From positions 1-26,167 of IMG/VR virus record IMGVR_UViG_3300048575_000498: 26,167 nucleotides of DNA; one strand, written 5' to 3'. Below, piece by piece: positions 24,128 to 26,167 of this stretch. Under the pieces are notes generated by a model. The model ran no database searches. It was not told where the DNA came from and saw nothing but the letters and a program-made list of their open reading frames with translations. The position numbers and the translations under genes are program-made. This DNA is from a virus. Its lineage: Duplodnaviria; Caudoviricetes. Each line of letters opens with the position of its first letter. Position 1 is the stretch's first letter.

Positions 24128-25402
24128 TCATCTCCTTACTGGCGCAGCGGCCGCAAAACCAAGTTTTCCACCAGTTGATACAGGCTCCACGCCGTACCGA
24201 CCGGCATCAATGGTGTGGTTATTTTTGTCTGGATACTCAGCAAGGAAGTTACCGAAGCGGTCCTGCTTATACTCATAACCTGAATACTCACGGGCAACAT
24301 TTGGGCACAGGATTGGATCGATCCAGATGCATGCCAGATCTTGCAGCCAGCGCATACCGTGCTCGACACTGCCCGCGCCTTTCTTGGCCGGCAATGCCCG
24401 GATGCCGCGGCGCTTCAGCTCGTTGATCATGCGCGGGTCTTCATTGTCGCAGGTGATGTACTCGACTCCGATCAGTGCCATGACTCTCTCAGCCAGTACA
24501 TCGGCATTCATTCCTGACCCGTACACCTCGCCAGTGAAGTACAAGGTTCGAAGTTTCGAAGAGTAATGCATCCTGACAACGGCATCCGGATCCCCGGCAA
24601 ATCCAAAGTCCTCGCCGTTGTAAAAGCGGTCAAACGTCTTGCGCAGATCTTCGGGAATGGATTCAATCTTGAGATTGTCGAACACCTGGCCGCCAGTCCC
24701 GGTGATCTCGCCAAGGTAAATATGACGGTACGCCTTCTCATTTGTGGCCTTTAGTGCTTCTGCTGCTTCCAAGAAAGAAGGCCCCAGCCATTCAGGCGGG
24801 ACCTGCGTATAATCACTGTGATGCACCAGGCGGCCGGGGACAGGGATCAGGCATTCGGCGTTGGTCCAGTTGTTTGCCGACTTTGGTGGGTTATAACTGT
24901 AAAAAGTAAATGCATGCCCGCCGCCGCGAATGATGCTGGCCTTGATTGTCCGGATGTCATCCAACCCAGCGAATTCGGTCAGCTCTTCAAACCAGAGGTA
25001 TTTGAAATAACCTTTTTTGAGCTTGATGGATTTGCTCTTGCCCGGGTCGTCAGCTCCGCGGAACATGATCCGCTGCCCTGTAGGCATGTAGATGATCTCC
25101 ATGGGGCTGACCTTGCACTTGAACCAGGGCCCCAGCTCCAGGGCGTTGATGGCCCATTCTATTTGCTCGTATACGCTATCGCGCAGGGTGTCGGCAACCT
25201 TACGGTAAACGATGGCATTGGCTTCCGGATCGCGAACAATGCCCTGCACAATCTCAAGGCTGATGAACGAAGATTTGGCGCTGCCGCGCCCACCCTTCAG
25301 CCAGTACTCACTGTATGCCTCCCGGCGGATGTCCTGATGTACGGTATAAAACGCCGGCCCGGTGATCTGCGATATGCGGATCTCAGCCACTGCCACCACC
25401 AC
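24128..25402 (-). CDS. terL: Terminase large subunit (PBSX family)
   Basis: Walker A GGRGSAKS, Walker B LWFEE, SYNPP, and nuclease motifs DFG and D..NHTIDA.RY. The exact start among nearby GTG codons is uncertain. Confidence 0.95.
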   Translation of the reverse strand: MVVAVAEIRISQITGPAFYTVHQDIRREAYSEYWLKGGRGSAKSSFISLEIVQGIVRDPEANAIVYRKVADTLRDSVYEQIEWAINALELGPWFKCKVSPMEIIYMPTGQRIMFRGADDPGKSKSIKLKKGYFKYLWFEELTEFAGLDDIRTIKASIIRGGGHAFTFYSYNPPKSANNWTNAECLIPVPGRLVHHSDYTQVPPEWLGPSFLEAAEALKATNEKAYRHIYLGEITGTGGQVFDNLKIESIPEDLRKTFDRFYNGEDFGFAGDPDAVVRMHYSSKLRTLYFTGEVYGSGMNADVLAERVMALIGVEYITCDNEDPRMINELKRRGIRALPAKKGAGSVEHGMRWLQDLACIWIDPILCPNVAREYSGYEYKQDRFGNFLAEYPDKNNHTIDAGRYGVEPVSTGGKLGFAAAAPVRR

Positions 25403-25886
25403 CGATATCGTCCACGATCTTCGGAAGGCTGACGTTTAGGTTTATGTCATCCTTGAACATGCCCAGATGCCTGCCCAGCAGCTCTAACGACTTTGTTTTG
25501 TCGCAGAGCTTTACTTCGCGCTCAATGCTGGGATAATCACCAAAAGTCTCTTTTACCTTCACTGATGCAATCGCTGCTATGTCATCGGCGTCGGCATCCG
25601 CTTTCACTGTAGCGTCCTTCATGTTGATCACGTCCGACGCCTTAATAAATCCGATGCGGGCCAGCTCCTGAACAACGCGATCAGCGGATATACCGACACG
25701 CTTTGACCTTTCGGCTTTAAGTTCGTCTATACGCGCACGGATACTAGGCTTTACCATAAGCTGCGCCGCGTTCACGTCAGCATTCTTCGATGCATAACCA
25801 GCACGGATGTAAGCCCGTGTCTGTATCATGTCAATCATGTACTCTTGGCAAAACAATTCATGCTTTGCATTTTTGAGTTCAGGCAC
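25383..25886 (-). CDS. terS: Terminase small subunit
   Basis: FCQEY..D...TRAYIRAGY HTH region and DK.KSLELLGRHLGMF. GTG start at 25886 after AAGGTGGTG. Confidence 0.92.
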   Translation of the reverse strand: MPELKNAKHELFCQEYMIDMIQTRAYIRAGYASKNADVNAAQLMVKPSIRARIDELKAERSKRVGISADRVVQELARIGFIKASDVINMKDATVKADADADDIAAIASVKVKETFGDYPSIEREVKLCDKTKSLELLGRHLGMFKDDINLNVSLPKIVDDIGGGGSG

Positions 25887-25904
25887 AGGCTCACCACCTT
25901 TCAA

Positions 25905-25932
25905 ACAAAAAAGACACATTGCTGTGCCTTTT
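25905..25932 (-). terminator. Intrinsic terminator between the 72-aa gene and terS
   Basis: Minus strand AAAAGGCACA-GCAA-TGTGTCTTTT followed by TTG. Confidence 0.7.
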
Positions 25933-25948
25933 GCCGTATCCTTGTTTG

Positions 25949-26167
25949 TTATTCATTATCATCCGGTGGAAATAATCCGGGTGGCAGATGTAGCTTTTGA
26001 TTACTGTATATTGCATCACCTGGATAACCTCTGGACTCAAGCAATTTTGTTGTTATTTCATCGTACCCATCCGTGTCTTCAAATTCACCCGGGATATCTT
26101 CATGCTTTACTATTCTCGACGGGATACCTTCACAAATGTCAAATGAAAGCGTGTATTTTCTTTTCAT
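25949..26167 (-). CDS. Hypothetical acidic 72-aa protein
   Basis: AT-rich ORF at the window edge followed by a terminator. Its RBS lies outside the window. Confidence 0.55.
   Translation of the reverse strand: MKRKYTLSFDICEGIPSRIVKHEDIPGEFEDTDGYDEITTKLLESRGYPGDAIYSNQKLHLPPGLFPPDDNE

Larger units (their letters stand above)
3068..25886 (-). mobile_element. Siphovirus-type (pro)phage morphogenesis and lysis module
   Basis: Canonical head-neck-tail-lysis gene order, no sheath gene and a long tape measure. No att sites or integrase in the window. Confidence 0.95.

Noticed and set aside
3264-25432. Numerous plus-strand ORFs (e.g. 3512..4144, 16412..17395, 18704..19420, 19493..20134, 21497..22243, 24818..25432)
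   Set aside because: They are antisense shadows of well-supported GC-rich virion genes, with no RBS or recognisable motifs.
1-26167. CRISPR array, tRNA/rRNA genes, introns or inteins, stop-codon recoding
   Set aside because: I saw no regularly spaced repeats or cloverleafs. Terminase, portal and capsid are uninterrupted and of normal length in the standard code.

Overview
The window holds the complete late (morphogenesis and lysis) operon of a tailed siphophage or prophage on the minus strand (about 25.9 kb down to 3.07 kb). The host is most likely a Bacillota/Clostridia-type organism, judged from AGGAGG ribosome-binding sites, sigmaA-type extended -10 promoters, a PBSX-type terminase, an SPP1-type portal and an NlpC/P60 plus PG-binding lysin. 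Gene order: TerS, TerL, portal, minor capsid (MuF-type) protein with a C-terminal RelA/SpoT-fold alarmone-synthetase toxin domain, a small probable immunity gene, scaffold, major capsid with a fused Ig-like domain, neck proteins, major tail protein with a B-repeat domain, tail assembly chaperone with a probable -1 frameshift, tape measure, Dit, Tal, mosaic tail fibre, accessory tail genes, endolysin and two small membrane lysis genes. Bases 1 to about 3,060 form an AT-rich accessory (moron) region of separately promoted small genes. It includes an unannotated 34-aa peptide gene behind two strong tandem promoters, convergent on a DUF4760-like membrane protein gene. No integrase, replication genes, tRNA, CRISPR array or reverse transcriptase is visible. 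All family assignments come from motif recognition by eye, not from database searches.
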